Positions 40,840 through 55,120 of a stretch of DNA of 64,000 bases are shown here, in pieces. The DNA comes from Eledone cirrhosa (Eukaryota), in NCBI GenBank assembly GCA_964016885.1, contig OZ024752.1:46128001-46192000 (forward strand), in the 5' to 3' direction. A program made the position numbers and the translations under genes. Position 1 is the stretch's first letter, and each line of letters starts with the position of its first letter. Under the pieces are notes generated by a model that worked only from the letters and a program-made list of their open reading frames with translations, was not told where the DNA came from and did no database searches.

Positions 40840-40915
40840 CAGGGTCCTCAAAAAATGTGCACACACTTTTATTAGAATGCTGTTGAAGAGTGTATACATT
40901 TTTTGGGACACCCTG
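40840..40915. mobile_element. Tc1/mariner-type mini-MITE (second copy ~27535-27620)
   Basis: cagggtcctcaaaaaatgtgcacac / gtgtatacattttttgggacaccctg-TA inverted termini. Confidence 0.6.
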
Positions 40916-41090
40916 TATAAATATATATATATGTGTGTGTATATATATATTTAAAAATATATATAATGTTTGTGTGTGTGCATATATAGATGTGTGTGTA
41001 TATGTATATGTGTGTGTGTGTGCATGTGTATATATATATATATATATATATATTTATAAATATAATGTATTTGTGTGTGTGTGTGTGTGG

Positions 41091-41319
41091 GACAATGAAA
41101 ATAAAGCCAAAGTCAGAGATAGGTAGTTAATTAGTTAATTATTTTACGACCGTTTCAGAGGGTTGATTGATCACGGTAGATCAATATATTGACGAGCATG
41201 GTAGTGGGTTACGTCTTTGTTTGTTTCTAGTCTTGAAATCCCTGATCGATCGATCGACCGTCTTCTTCACAGAACTAATTAAACTACCTATATCTGAATC
41301 TTGTTTTGTTTTCGCTGTT
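41091..41319 (-). mobile_element. HHR-bearing element (17 kb family) with inverted termini, inserted in (TG)n
   Basis: Minus strand GTGAAGAAGAC...ctctGAAACGGTCGTA...attttcattgt. 41113-41136 is inverted at 41273-41297. Confidence 0.65.
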
Positions 41320-41330
41320 AGGTGTATGTA

Positions 41331-41432
<102 letters not shown>

Positions 41433-41672
41433 CGTGTGTGTGTGTTCTTCTGGTTTTATAATTTCACAAAGTTTTACCAATAGAGAGAGAGTCGGTTTCT
41501 AACATAGACACAAGACTCTCTCATTGGAATTTACACAACATCAACTAGGTAGATATGTATGTATGCATGCATGTGTAGATATGGATGTTATTGTATGTGT
41601 GGATGTGTATGTTTTGAGTTGTATGTGTGCATGTGTATATGCTTTGTATCTGTACATGTGTATATGCAGTTA

Positions 41673-41975
41673 TTAGATGCAAAATTGTTGGAATGTTTTA
41701 CATATTTTTACTGTTCCATTAATGGATTGTACTTGTAGTTTCCTAACTAGTTGTGTTCTTTCTGTTCCTGTGAAGCCTAGCTTCTCAAGATTTGTACTGA
41801 GGCAGTTACTAACATACCCCAGTGCCCCAATAATCACAGGCATAAATCTGAAGGTGTAATCAGGGTGGAGTATCTGTAGATTTCTCATCAGTTCTGCATA
41901 AATATTCTCCTTTTCACTAATCTTTGATATTATATTGGCATCTGCTGGGCAGCTAATTTCTACTACTGTGCATGT
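41673..41975 (-). mobile_element. RLE-type (R2/R4/NeSL-like) non-LTR retrotransposon 3' fragment
   Basis: TCTVVEISCPADANIISKISEKENIYAELMRNLQILHPDYTFRFMPVIIGALG..., matching the C-terminal restriction-like endonuclease region (E..EK..Y..L ... PVIIGALG). Confidence 0.78.
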
Positions 41976-42014
41976 TTATGTATGTATGTATGTATGTATG
42001 TATGTATGTATGTA

Positions 42015-42049
<35 letters not shown>

Positions 42050-42153
42050 CCTGGGCAGATTCTTCTTTGAGGAAAGCTTACGCAGTGAGCACTTACCACA
42101 AAAACTATAGGCCTCACTGCCTAATCTCTGAAACCATCTCTCCAAAGCCACAT

Positions 42154-42187
<34 letters not shown>

Positions 42188-42497
42188 CAGATACACACAT
42201 ATATATAATATATATATATTCAAAATTAAATTAAATTAATTTAAGGGTGTCATGTCAGAGAGACATGACAGTACATATAGTTTGACAAGTGCTTTGGCAC
42301 GAAAGTCACCCCCTTTTAGTCACTCACCTACCTTCACTAATATATATATATATACACCTTCACAAATATATATATATATATATATATACACCTTCACTAA
42401 TATATATATATATATATACATATACACCTTCACTAATATATATATATATATATATATACACCTTCACAAATATATATATATATACACCTTCAAAAAT

Positions 42498-42844
42498 ATC
42501 ATCATCATCATCATCATTTGATTTTACGTCCGCTTTTCCCTGCTTGCAAGGGTGGGACAGGAACTGATGCTGGCTTTATTTCTACAGCTGGATGCCCTTC
42601 CTAACACCAACCTCATTTACAGTGAGTGCTGGGTGCTTTTTTGCCGTGGCCCCTCCACGACCACTTTACAGTGGAATGATATGGACCCCAGTCCCTATCA
42701 TCTCATTTCTACAGCTGAGTAAACTGGAGCAATGTGAAATAAAGTGTCTTGCTCAAGGAAACAACACATCACCCGGTCTGAGAATTGAACTCACAACCTT
42801 TCGATTGCAAGCCCAATGCTCTAACCACTAAGCCATGTGCCTCC
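42498..42844 (-). mobile_element. Same SINE family, full length (partial copies 22085-22246, 23060-23225, 12150-12265, 10135-10226)
   Basis: Near-identical to 3503-3830 and 49857-50190. Confidence 0.88.
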
Positions 42845-42870
42845 ATATATATATATATACCTTCACAGAG

Positions 42871-42978
<108 letters not shown>

Positions 42979-42982
42979 CTTC

Positions 42983-43031
<49 letters not shown>

Positions 43032-43122
43032 TACACACCCCTCGCAAATATATATATATATATACACCTCACAAATATATATATACACCTTCACTAATAT
43101 ATATATATATATATACACCTTC

Positions 43123-43174
<52 letters not shown>

Positions 43175-43661
43175 CTCACAAATATATATATATATATATA
43201 TACACCTCACAAATATATATATATACACCTTCACTAATATATATATATATATATATACATATATACCTTCACTAATATATATATATATATAAATACACAC
43301 AGAAACATATTTTCTTTTATACACATTTACAGATTTCAGTCATTAGACTGTGGCCATGCTGGAACACCGCCAGATTTATTTTAGTTGATTAGATTGACCC
43401 AAGTACTTATTTGTTTGTTTTATTTTCAAAAGTCTGGTACTTATTTCATCGATTGCCTATTGCCGAACTGCTAAGTTACGGGGCGTAAACACAGACACAC
43501 AGACACACAGACATAAACAATGACATGAAGAGACACACGGACACAGACGTCTCTGTCTACCACATTCAACCCTTAGTCCTGTGGACAACTAGTAGCTATA
43601 GTAGAATATTATATACACTTATATCCAGTGGGACAGAACCCAGAAACATATGGTTGTCAAA

Positions 43662-44589
43662 TAGTGGTAGTAGTAGTAGTAGTGGTAGTGGTAGTAGTGG
43701 TGGTGGTAGTGGTAGTGGTGGTAGTGGTGGTATTGGTGGTAGTGGTAGTGGTAGTGGTAGTGGTAGTAGTGGTAGTGGTGGTAGTAGTAGTAGTATTGGT
43801 AGTAGTGGTAGTAGTAGTGGTAGTAGTAGTGGTGGTAGTAATAGTGGTAGTGGTAGTAGTAGTAGTATTGGTAGTAGTGGTAGTGGTAGTGGTAGTAGTA
43901 GTGGTGGTAGTAATAGTGGTAGTGGTAGTAGTAGTAGTATTGGTAGTAGTGGTAGTGGTAGTAGTAGTGGTAGTGGTAGTGGTAGTAGTGGTAGTAGTGG
44001 TAGTGGCAGTAGTAGTAGTAGTGGTAGTGGTAGTAGTGGTAGTGGTAGTAATAGTGGTAGTAGTGGTAGTGGTAGTAGTAGTAGTATTGGTAGTGGTAGT
44101 AGTGGTAGTGGTAGTAATAGTGGTAGTAGTGGTAGTGGTAGTAGTAGTAGTATTGGTAGTGGTAGTAGTGGTAGTGGTAGTAATAGTGGTAGTAGTGGTA
44201 GTGGTAGTAGTAGTAGTATTGGTAGTGGTAGTAGTGGTAGTGGTAGTAATAGTGGTAGTAGTGGTAGTGGTAGTAGTAGTAGTATTGGTAGTGGTAGTAA
44301 TAGTAGTAGTATTGGTAGTGGTAGTAATAGTGGTAGTAGTAGTAGTGGTGGTAGTAATAGTGGTAGTGGTAGTAGTAGTAGTATTGGTAGTGGTAGTAAT
44401 AGTGGTAGTGGTAGTAGTAGTAGTATTGGTAGTGGTAGTAATAGTGGTAGTGGTAGTAGTAGTAGTATTGGTAGTGGTAGTAATAGTGGTAGTGGTAGTA
44501 GTAGTAGTAGTGGTAGTGGTAGTAGTAGTAGTAGTGGTATTGGTAGTGGTAGTAATAGTGGTAGTAGTAGTGGTAGTAGTAGTGGTAGT
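43662..44589. repeat. (GGT/AGT)n cryptic trinucleotide array with higher-order units
   Basis: agtggt/agtagt runs with recurring aat and att variants. Confidence 0.95.
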
Positions 44590-45985
44590 AAAGTTCTATA
44601 TTGTCAGTGTAGTGTGAAAACATACATTATGTGTATGTGTGTATGTATGTATGTGTATGTATGTGTATGTATGTATGTGTGTGTGTGTGCGTGTGTGCGA
44701 GTCCTAGGTGCAATCGGGGGGGGGGGGGGGGGGGTAACCACAGTAAGGTACTCAATACATTAGTAGAGTGTAAAGATTATGTTTCATACAGAAATGGCTT
44801 CTACAGGACTAGAACTGTTTCATTCATTTGAATGAAACAGTACAAGTCCTGTAGGAGCCATTTCTCTCTATATATATTATATTATATAACAGACGCATGT
44901 ATATATATATCTATATATATAACATACGCGTGTATGTGTATATATATATATGTGTATATGTATGTATAAAAAACAGGTATGGGCACTTGTGTATAAAACA
45001 AGAAATCGTGTGTGTGTGTGTGTGTGTGTGGATAGATGTGTGTGTGTTTGAATACACAATCACACACACATAAGTATGCACATTTACACACACACACACA
45101 TCTATCCACACACTCACCCACACATCTATCAACACACACACACACCTCTATCCACACACCACACACACATCTATCCACACACATACACGGCTACCCCCCC
45201 CCCCCCCCCCCCCCTAGACAGTAGTGGTGGAGTAGATAAAGAAACACTTGTCTATACAATCATAAATTACCTTCTAGTCTGGTTAGATGAAAAGACTACC
45301 AGTGTGTATATATAGGTATATATGGTGTATATATAGGTATATATATGGTGTATATGTGTGTATATATAGGTATATATGGTGTATATGTGTGTATATATAG
45401 CTATATATGGTGTATATGTGTGTATATATAGGTATATATGGTGTATATGTGTGTATATAGGTATATATGGTGGATATATGGTGTATATGTGTGTATATAT
45501 AGGTATATATGGTGTATATGTGTGTATATATAGGTGTATATGTGTGTATATATAGGTATATATGGTGTATATATATGTGTAGTATATATAAGTATATATG
45601 GTGTATATATGTGTAGTATATATGGTGTATATGTGTGTATATATAAGTATATATGGTGTATATATGTGTATATATAAGTATATATGGTGTATATGTGTGT
45701 ATCATTTCATTTTACTGCCGCTTTTCCCTGCTTGCCCACTCATACTGATGTTACAGTATTGTCCTCCAAATAAATATCAAAATCTCATAGATTCGATATT
45801 AGGTGAGGTAAAGCCTTTACCATGAAAATATAGGCCAGCAATTATCCCAGTGCATTACTGGTACTTTATTTTATTGACCCCGTAAGGATGAACGGCAAAG
45901 TTAACCTCGGCGAGATTTGAACTCAGACCGTAAAGGGACGTAACTCTGTGCAGCAGAATTCCGGAAGAAATGTCTAATGCCTTAA

Positions 45986-46339
45986 CCCTTTAGCATTCAA
46001 ACCGGCCGTATCCGGCCAGAATTCTCTCACCTCTTTCTGTTCAAACTGGCTGTAACTGGCCACTCATACTGATGTTAAGGTATTGTTCTCAAAATAATTA
46101 ATATCAAAATCTCATAGATTGGATATTACGTGAGGTGGTTGGTGTTAGGAAGGGCATCCAGCTGTAAAACCATCGGCCAAATTTACAGGTGTGTCTGTAT
46201 CTTGGCCAGGCTTGTCTCTTGAAGTGGACAATTTGACTGATAAGCATGGAAAAATGACTGTTAAACAATGATGATGATGATGATGATGGCTATAATGAAT
46301 ATGATGATATTGATCATGGTGTTGATGATGATGATGATG

Positions 46340-46378
<39 letters not shown>

Positions 46379-46544
46379 TTGGTGTTAGGAAGGGCATCGA
46401 GCCATAGAAAACCTGCCAGATAGTCAGTCCTATACGAGCGAGATATGGTCACCTGACCAATCTTGCCTCAAATTGGGACAATTCCCGTCTAACCCATGCT
46501 AGTGTGGAAGATAGACATTAAACGATGATGATGATGATGATGAT

Positions 46545-46622
<78 letters not shown>

Positions 46623-46778
46623 AGAAAGTATGACCCCGACGGCAGAGCTCAAGCCGTCGAAACGGCTTGAGCTCTGCCGTCGGGGTCATACTTTCTCCTA
46701 TTACCCACTCTACTACCCTAAGTATTGAGTACTCTGGTGCGTTATGGTCCATCTGGTTCCTTACCACAACTCCTTCGT

Positions 46779-46867
<89 letters not shown>

Positions 46868-46886
46868 ATGTAAATGCTAAAAAGGG
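45986..46886. mobile_element. Family 1 MITE, reverse orientation, with nested insertions
   Basis: TTAA-ccctttagcattcaaa at 45986 and gtaaatgctaaaaggg-TTAA at 46886; SINE tails, (TA)n and the family B hairpin lie inside. Confidence 0.65.
46618..46780 (+). mobile_element. Fold-back family B relic in (TA)n
   Basis: Perfect 40-bp arms at 46618-46657 and 46662-46701 with a CGAA loop, then the family tail and (TA)n. Confidence 0.7.
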
Positions 46887-48019
46887 TTAATGACTCTGCC
46901 AAATCCCCACCTCACCCTACCATCTCCAGACCCCACCCTCACCTCACCCTACCATCTCCAGACCCCCACCCTCAACTAAACAAGTTTTTTTTGTTGTTGT
47001 TGTTGTTGTTGTTGTTGTTTCAAATCCAAATGTGAGCTATTATTACCGGAGTGCTACAGAGCTCCACAGCGGCGGCATATCTCTACAACTGGCTGGTCCA
47101 GTTGTTATTTTCGTACTTCCACTTTCTTTGTTTACTACCTGCTAGATGAGTTTAGTTGTTCATGCAAAGCCCTCCCCACCCTGCCGACACACCCACACAC
47201 ACCTCCACAGTTGGTTCTCCCCCCCCCCCCCCCCCTTTCTACCCTTCAACCCACACCACACACATTCCACACACAGATGGAAGATGAATCAGCAGACTGA
47301 TGCAGCCTCCTCTTCCCCATTATACACTTTTAGTTATATACACAATAACTGTTAATTAACATAGATGCAATACTAAATATACATATACACATTAAACATA
47401 CATCACACACACATACATACATACAACACTAGGCATACATATACACATACATACAACACTAGGCATACATATACACATACATACAACACTAGGCATACAT
47501 ATACACATACATACAACACTAGGCATACATATACACATTTAACATACATATACACATACATACAACACTAGGCATACATATACACATTTAACATACATAT
47601 ACACATACATACAACACTAGGCATACATATACACATGTAACATACATATACACATACATACAGCACTAGGCATACATATACACATGTAACATACATATAC
47701 ACATACATACAGCACTAGGCATACATATACACATGTAACATACATATACACATACATACAACACTAGGCATACATATACACATACATACAACACTAGGCA
47801 TACATATACACATGTAACATACATATACACATACATACAACACTAGGCATACATATACACATTTAACATGCATCACACACACATATACAATATTAAACAT
47901 ACATACACACCTTACACACATACACACACGCTAAACATACATAGACTCTCTCTCTCACCCACAACCTCTCTCTCTCTCTCTCTCTCACACACACAACCTC
48001 TCTCTCTCTCTCACACACA

Positions 48020-48053
<34 letters not shown>

Positions 48054-49557
48054 CAACCTCTCTCTCTCTCTCTTGCTTTCACTTCAATTTATTATAAATT
48101 TCCAGTTGGTTGGTTGGTTCGATAACCGGAAGGTTGTTTACATATTGTCAAAGTTCTTTCATCACACATTCTGTGACCTCCTCAGTAACTAGGTTTTTAT
48201 TTTTGTGACTCTCCTTTGTTCTGTCTTACACCATTTTATTTTTGTCTGTTCATATCAACCCCAGTACTGTTTTACTAGTTTCAGGCAATAGACTGTGGCC
48301 ATACTGGGGCACTATCAACCCCAGTACTGTTATATTGGTTTCTTTAAGCGCAAGGCCTAGAATAAACATGTCACTTCTCTTGTTTTGCTACAATGTCACA
48401 TGTTTGTGTCTGTATGTGTATATATACATGTCTGTATGTGTATATATACATGTCTGTACATGTATAGACTTATGGGTGGCTCTCTCTGTATATATGTGTT
48501 TATCTATGTATGTTTATATGTGTCTGTATGTGCTTATATGTATATGTCTGTATATTTTTACATATGTGTGTCTATGTATATGTGTATATGTCTATATATG
48601 TATATATGTATGTGTGTGTATATGTGTTCCAACTGCCTCTGTGTGTGTATATATGTGTGTATGTGTCTGTGTGTATATGTGTGTATTTGTCTATATGTGT
48701 ATATATGTATGTATGTGTATATGTGTTTACAACTGCCTCTGTGTGTATATATATGTGTGTGTGTCTGTGTGTATATGTGTGTATTTGTCTATATGTGTAT
48801 ATATGTATGTATGTGTATATGTGTTTACAACTGCCTCTGTGTGTATATATATGTGTGTGTGTCTGTGTGTATATGTGTGTATTTGTCTATATGTGCATAT
48901 ATATATGTATGTATGTGTATATGTTTTTACAGCTGTCTCTCTGTGTATATATATGTGTGTGTGTGTGTGTCTGTGTGTATATGTCTGTATTTGTCTATAT
49001 GTGTATATATGTATGTATGTGTATATGTTTTTACAACTGCCTCTCTGTGTATATATATGTGTGTGTGGGTGTGTGTATGTGTCTGTGTATAGATGTGTAT
49101 ATATCTATGTAAATGTGTTTATATATGTTTATATATATGTCAGTGTATATATTGAATAACATAGATTATAAGTATTTGATAACAAGTCATTGATTATCTG
49201 AAGTAGCCTGCGATAACTGGAGGTGTTATCATCCAGGTTAAAACCAGGCTATATGTTTTTACTTACTGATAAACACACTATTTATAACACTTGGTGTTTG
49301 TTTTAACCCTTTCAGAACTGTAGTCTTCATGAAAGAAACTGTTTATTGTTTTCAAATCATTTTAAAAATCAAGAATATGGAGATCTTCTTATAAATCTGG
49401 TGTTTGGAACATCATTTAATAAAAGTTCTTTTATGAAATTACAATGGAAGCATTTTCAGATAGATTGTAAACACTTTAAAACAAACGTTGCATTATTCTT
49501 CAACCAGGAATAGTTTTAGGTGGTTTGGTATCAAAAATGTTAATGCAGTTGTGTGTG

Positions 49558-49609
<52 letters not shown>

Positions 49610-49663
49610 TGGTAACTCTTTCATTCATTCATTCTTTTGCTTATATATGTGTATATATATATA

Positions 49664-49845
49664 TATTAAAATAACAGATTAAAGTTTAAGCAAAGATTCC
49701 GTTAAGGGTGAAAGCAGCGATTCTTTGCTTAAGCTTTAATCTGTTATTTTAATAAATATTTGTTCTAGCGTTCTTATATATTTGATATATATTTATCCTT
49801 ATCGAGCCCTCTTTGGATTTTAGTCTTCAAATTTATTATTATTAC
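49664..49845. mobile_element. Fold-back relic in (TA)n
   Basis: tattaaaataacagattaaagtttaagcaaaga is inverted as tctttgcttaagctttaatctgttattttaata; (TA)n flanks. Confidence 0.45.
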
Positions 49846-49856
49846 TATATATATAT

Positions 49857-50189
49857 GGAGGCATATGGCTTAGTGGTTAGACCATTGGCCTTGCAATCGA
49901 AAGGTTGTGGGTTCAATTCTCAGACCGGGTGATGTGTTGTTTCCTTGAGCAAGACACTTTATTTTACAGTTTACTCAGCTGTAAAAATGAGATGATAGGG
50001 ACTGGGGGTCCCTATCATTCCACTGCAAAGTGGTCGTGGAGGTGCCACGGCAAAAAAGCACCCAGCACTCACTGTAAATGAGGTTGGTGTTAGGAAGGGC
50101 ATCCAGCTGTAGAAATCAAGCCAGAATCAGTTCCCGTCCCACCCTTGCAAGCAGGGAAAAAGCGGACGTAAACTGAAATGATGATGATG

Positions 50190-50190
<1 letters not shown>
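49857..50190 (+). mobile_element. tRNA-derived SINE with RTE-like tail, near full length
   Basis: A box TGGCTTAGTGG, B box GGTTCAATTCT, ccttgagcaagacacttt body, tail cccacccttgcaagcagggaaaa..ggacgtaaa then (TGA)n. Confidence 0.88.
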
Positions 50191-50249
<59 letters not shown>

Positions 50250-50254
<5 letters not shown>

Positions 50255-50355
50255 CAGTCTCTTGGAGATGCAGGACATTGCAGCGATGATGAGGGACAGA
50301 GACCGCTGGAGAGAACTCGTCCATGGATCTCGGGAATTTTACCCGCCCTAGATAG
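50250..50355 (+). mobile_element. Short LINE 3' end fragment (RTE-like)
   Basis: DTSLLEMQDIAAMMRDRDRWRELVHGSREFYPP* carries a DRxxWR motif, followed by tagatagat. Confidence 0.45.
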
Positions 50356-50371
50356 ATGTATGTGTGTGTTT

Positions 50372-50551
50372 ATCCCAGGTTCAATCGGGGGTAACCACAG
50401 TAAGTAAGGTACTCAATACATAGCAGAGTATAACTATTTAATATAGAAATGGCTTCTACAGGACTAGAACTGTTTAATTCAAAGGCAATCATCAGGAAAG
50501 CTTTCCTGATGATTTCCCTCGAATGAAACAGTTCTAGTCCTGTAGAAGCCA
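50372..50551. mobile_element. Family C Penelope-like relic (other copies 12470-12605, 44701-44868, 35883-35935)
   Basis: Shared taaccacagtaag..ggtactcaatacat...gaaatggcttctacaggactagaactgttt. Fold-backs at 44790-44865 and 50450-50551. Confidence 0.65.
50499..50549 (+). ncRNA. Hammerhead-like motif within a 102-bp palindrome
   Basis: agctttc CTGATGA t-TTC-cctc-GAA-t GAAA, stem III ACAG-ttctagtc-CTGT, A, then gaagc. GUA triplet; weak stem II base (U-U). Confidence 0.55.
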
Positions 50552-50720
50552 AGTGAGACACGGTCATCCGATCAATCTTGTCTCAAGTGGGACAATTTCC
50601 GTCTAACTTATGCTAGCGTAGGAGATTGACGTTAAACGATTATGATGATGATGATGATGATGATGATATATAATGTGTATATATATGTATATATATATAT
50701 ATATATACATATATATATAC

Positions 50721-50751
<31 letters not shown>

Positions 50752-50754
50752 CAC

Positions 50755-50785
<31 letters not shown>

Positions 50786-51124
50786 TATATACATATGTAT
50801 ACACATACATATATATACACATACATACATATATACACACAGACACACAGACATGCTGTGTTGTTTGCCGTCCATTGGTTCTAATTACAAGTGTTGTAAT
50901 TGTTTGACCAACATAACAGCCACACTTGTGTAATTAACTTACAAGTTGATAAATATATTGTTATCAAAACTGGTGGCTTTTAACCACAACCAGGATATTG
51001 TTTTCTCCTCTGCTTAATGTTATCAGCTGTTTATTATTATCTAAAAAAAGACTCTGTCTTCAAAATAATGATATTAAATGACTTCCATTGTATGTATGTA
51101 CATGTAGACATGTCCAACCCATCA

Positions 51125-52160
51125 TACTATATATACTATTGTATTGTCACAGTAAAGGCTTTATCTCACATAATATTTACATTACTCTATATATACTATT
51201 GTATTGTCACAGTAAAGGCTTTATCTCACATAATATCTCACATAACATTTACATTACTCTATATATACTATTGTATTGTCACAGTAAAGGCTTTACCTCC
51301 CATAATATCTCACATAACATTTACATTACTCTATATATACTATTGTATTGTCACAGTAAAGGCTTTACCTCCCATAATATCTCACATAACATTTACATTA
51401 CTCTATATATACTATTGTATTGTCACAGTAAAGGCTTTACCTCCCATAATATCTCGCATAACATTTACATTACTCTATATATACTATTGTATTGTCACAG
51501 TAAAGGCTTTACCTCCCATAATATCTCACATAACATTTACATTACTCTATATATACTATTGTATTGTCACAGTAAAGGCTTTACCTCCCATAATATCTCA
51601 CATAACATTTACATTACTCTATATATACTATTGTATTGTCACAGTAAAGGCTTTTCCTCACATAATATCTCACATAACATTTACATTACTCTATATATAC
51701 TATTGTATTGTCACAGTAAAGGCTTTATCTCACATAATATCTCGCATAACATTTACATTACTCTATATATTCTATTATATTTTCACAGTAAAGGCTTTAC
51801 CTCACACAATATCTCACATAACATCTACATTACTCTATATATACTATTGTATTTTCACGGTAAAGTCTTTACCTCACATAATATCTCACATAACATTTAC
51901 ATTACTCTATATATACTATTGTATTTTCATGGTAAAGGCTTTACCTCACGTAACATTTACATTACTCTATATATACTATTGTATTTTCACAGTAAAGGCT
52001 TTACCTCACATAATATCGAATCTATGAGATTTTGATATATATTTATTTTGAGAACAATACCTTAACATAAGTATAAGCAGCCGGTTATGGTCGGTTTGAA
52101 CAGAAAAAGGTGAGAGAGAATTCTAGCCGGATATGACCAGTTCAAATGCTAAGGTGTTAA
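51125..52160. mobile_element. Family 1 MITE remnant with ~12-13 x 72-bp array
   Basis: Same 72-bp unit at 51125-52015, then the MITE right half ending aaatgctaaggtgttaa. Confidence 0.85.
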
Positions 52161-53211
52161 GACAATGATGATGATATACATGAAGGCATGTGTTGAAGTC
52201 AATATGTTCAGCTTGTGATTGTAAAGTCAGGAATTGAATTCCTGGTGGCTTGTGTCCTTGAGCAACACTCTTTATTTCAAGTTGCTCCAATCTAACAAGA
52301 AAAAGAAAAATAGGTCATACTCTCTCTCTCTCTCTCTCTCTTGTCCCAAATAATAGGAGTGTTGGAATATGTGTGTAGAGGGGGGGGGGGGGGATGAAGT
52401 GAGGGGGTTGGAATAAATGGGGAGGGGTGGAAATGTGGGAGTTGGAATAAGTAGGAAGAGGGGATGTAATAAGTGTGTGTGTGTGGGGGGGGGTGTTCTT
52501 GGTTGTCTCTGTTGATATAAAAAATCAAAAAAAATCAGAATTAGTCGTTTTGTTTACATATTGAGACCTGAGCCAAAGGTGTCTAGTGTTTCTTGTGATG
52601 TACATTTTTGGTCATGTATCATGTATTTTAATGTATATAGAAAAATGACACCAGAGATAGATTAGTAAAAAATTTGATAAGTGGGGCGGGTGGGGATAAG
52701 AGGTCGGGGGGGGGGGGGGATTCTTAAAAATTAATATTCAGGGGTGGGGACAATTATTCGAGATCCTGAGAGTATTTGTAAATTAATTGTTTCTACTTTT
52801 GGCACAAGGCCAGCAATTACCCCAGTGCATTACTGGTACTACTTTATTTTATCGACCCCCCCCCCCCGCCCCACCGTAAGGATGAAAGGCAAAGTTAACT
52901 TCGGCGGGATTTGAACTCAGACCATAAAGGGCCGTAACTCTATGCTGCAAACCCTCTACCGGATACTGCCAATCCACCGCCCTTCAATAAGTATTTGTAT
53001 ATTAATAGGGCTCAGCCATAAACCCTGGTACAGTGTCATGTTGGATATTTCTGATAACCCCCCCCCCCCCCCCAACACACACACACACCCCGAGGATTGT
53101 GGGGTGGTTGGGGGAGGGGAGGGTTTAAAGGTAGATGTGTCTGTGGAATGCTTGGCCACTTGCATGTTAATTTCATGACTAGGCTGTTCCATTATTGGAG
53201 ACAGAACCAAC

Positions 53212-53248
<37 letters not shown>

Positions 53249-53853
53249 TTATATGTGTGTGTGTGTGTGTGGTTATATGTGTGTGTGTGTGTGTGGTTAT
53301 ATGTGTGTGTATGTGTGTGTGGTGTGTGGTTATGTGTGTGGTGTGGTTATATATGTGTGTGTGTGTGTGGTTGTGTGTGTGTGCAGCCATATACATGTAA
53401 TTCAATCTTTCTACATTACCCTCTCCCACTTCTCCTCAGTGAACTCCCTCTCCCTCCCTTCCCCCCCCACCCCCTTCTCTAACCTGTCTTTTCTCATCTT
53501 CATTATCTCCCATCATCACAGCTTCTGCCTTACCCCCTATCTACCCCCCCCCCATCTACCCTCCCTAGCCTCACACACTCACCCCTCCCCCTCTTTCCCT
53601 TTTCCCCTCTGTTTTCTCTAAAGGATGGTAACTCTAATATGTTACAAGTGTGTGCCATTGCAAGTTTGTGTGTGTGTGGAAGTGTGTGTCTGTGTGTGTA
53701 AGTGTGTGTGTGTGTGTGTCTGTGTGTGTGTGGAGGTGAATGAGGGCGGTCCTAATTCCAAGTGATCTGTGTAAGGAATGTCAGTAGAAAGTGAGAGAGT
53801 GTGTGGGGGGGGGGGGGGGAAGAGAGAGTTTGTGTGTGTGTGAGAGAGAGTTA

Positions 53854-53885
<32 letters not shown>

Positions 53886-54609
53886 GGGAGAGTGTGTGTG
53901 TGTGTGTGAGAGAGAGGGGGTTAGTGTGTGTGTGTGGGGGGGGAGTTAGTGTGTGTGTGGGGGAGAGTTAGTGTGTGTGTGTGAGGGTTAGTGTGTGTGT
54001 GTGTGTGAGGGAGAGAGTTAGTGTGTGTGTGTGTGTGTGTGTGGAAGGTAAAGTGACACCATCTTTCTAATGGTGAGATTGGATCAGAGAAGGTTTCAAT
54101 CTCATTTCACAGTTCAGTGATGGTGGTGGTGGTGGTGGTGGTGGTGTTAGTGGTGGTGGTGGTGGTGGTGGTGGTTGTGGTGGAGGTGATGGTGGTGGTG
54201 GTGATGGTGGTAGATTGAATTCTGGATTTTCCCCTACCCCTTCCCTCGTCCAACCCCTTTCCTTCCATTTATATATCAAACACAAACTCAACTGTTAGTT
54301 TTCATAATTTCCTCTCTCAATCTGGTCACTATTGTTGTTGTTGCTGTTGTTGTTATTGTTGCTGTTGTTGTTGTTGTTGGTGGTGATGCTGTTGTTGTTG
54401 GTGGTGATGCTGGTGATGATATACTGCAGTCTGTCCAATCAGATATGTGTCCCTCTCATAAAAATTATACATTCAAAGACATTAGTTTGATGTGGGGTCA
54501 ACTGGAGACATAACAGGGTTCATTTTTAAAAAGCTGAGAGTTTTTGATATTCTTTATATTTCTAAGAAGCATTTTCAGTGGCTATTTTAAACAATTTATG
54601 ACCGTTTAA

Positions 54610-55120
54610 CCCTTTAGCATTTACATTTCTCTACTATTATATTTTCATGGTAAAGGTTTTATCTCACATGTGGAATTTATGAGATTTTGATGATGTTATT
54701 ATTTTTGAGATCAATATCTTAACATCAGTATGTGTAGCCAGTTATGGCTGGTTTAAACAGAAAGAGGTGAGAGAATTCTGGCCAGATGTGACTGGTTTGA
54801 ACAGAAAGGTGAGAGAATTCTGGCCAGTTATGGCTGGTTTAAACAGAAAGAGGTGAGAGAATTCTGGCCAGATGTGACTGGTTTGAACAGAAAGGTGAGA
54901 GAATTCTGGCCAGTTATGGTCAATTTGAACAGAAAGAAGTGAGAGAATTCTGGCCAGTTATGGCTGGTTTTAACAGAAAGAGGTGAGAGAATTCTAGCCA
55001 GTTATGGCTGGTTTGAACAGAAAGAAATGAGAGAATTCTGGCCAGATATGGCTGGTTTGAACAGAAAGAGGTGAGGTGAGAGAATTCTGGCCAGATATGG
55101 CTGCTTTAAATGCTGAAGAG
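54610..55120. mobile_element. Family 1 MITE with ~42-bp right-arm expansion (~8 units)
   Basis: Left TIR after TTAA; repeats of gagagaattctggccag.tatggctggtttgaacagaaagaggt. Confidence 0.8.

Noticed and set aside
42060-42148. TTGAGGA...gcagtgag/ctcactgc...GAAAC degenerate hammerhead
   Set aside because: Core and stem III are not satisfiable; possibly a decayed relic but unsupported.
47146-47355. Possible further Caskin exon (pyrimidine tract plus AG, phase 0 open frame)
   Set aside because: No convincing donor, it runs into low-complexity sequence, and there is no recognisable homology.
49857-49930. tRNA gene
   Set aside because: A and B boxes are present but run into a multi-copy SINE body with no proper acceptor stem.
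51017-52035. 315-336 aa repeat-protein ORFs
   Set aside because: Read-through of the 72-bp MITE-derived array, whose unit length is a multiple of three.
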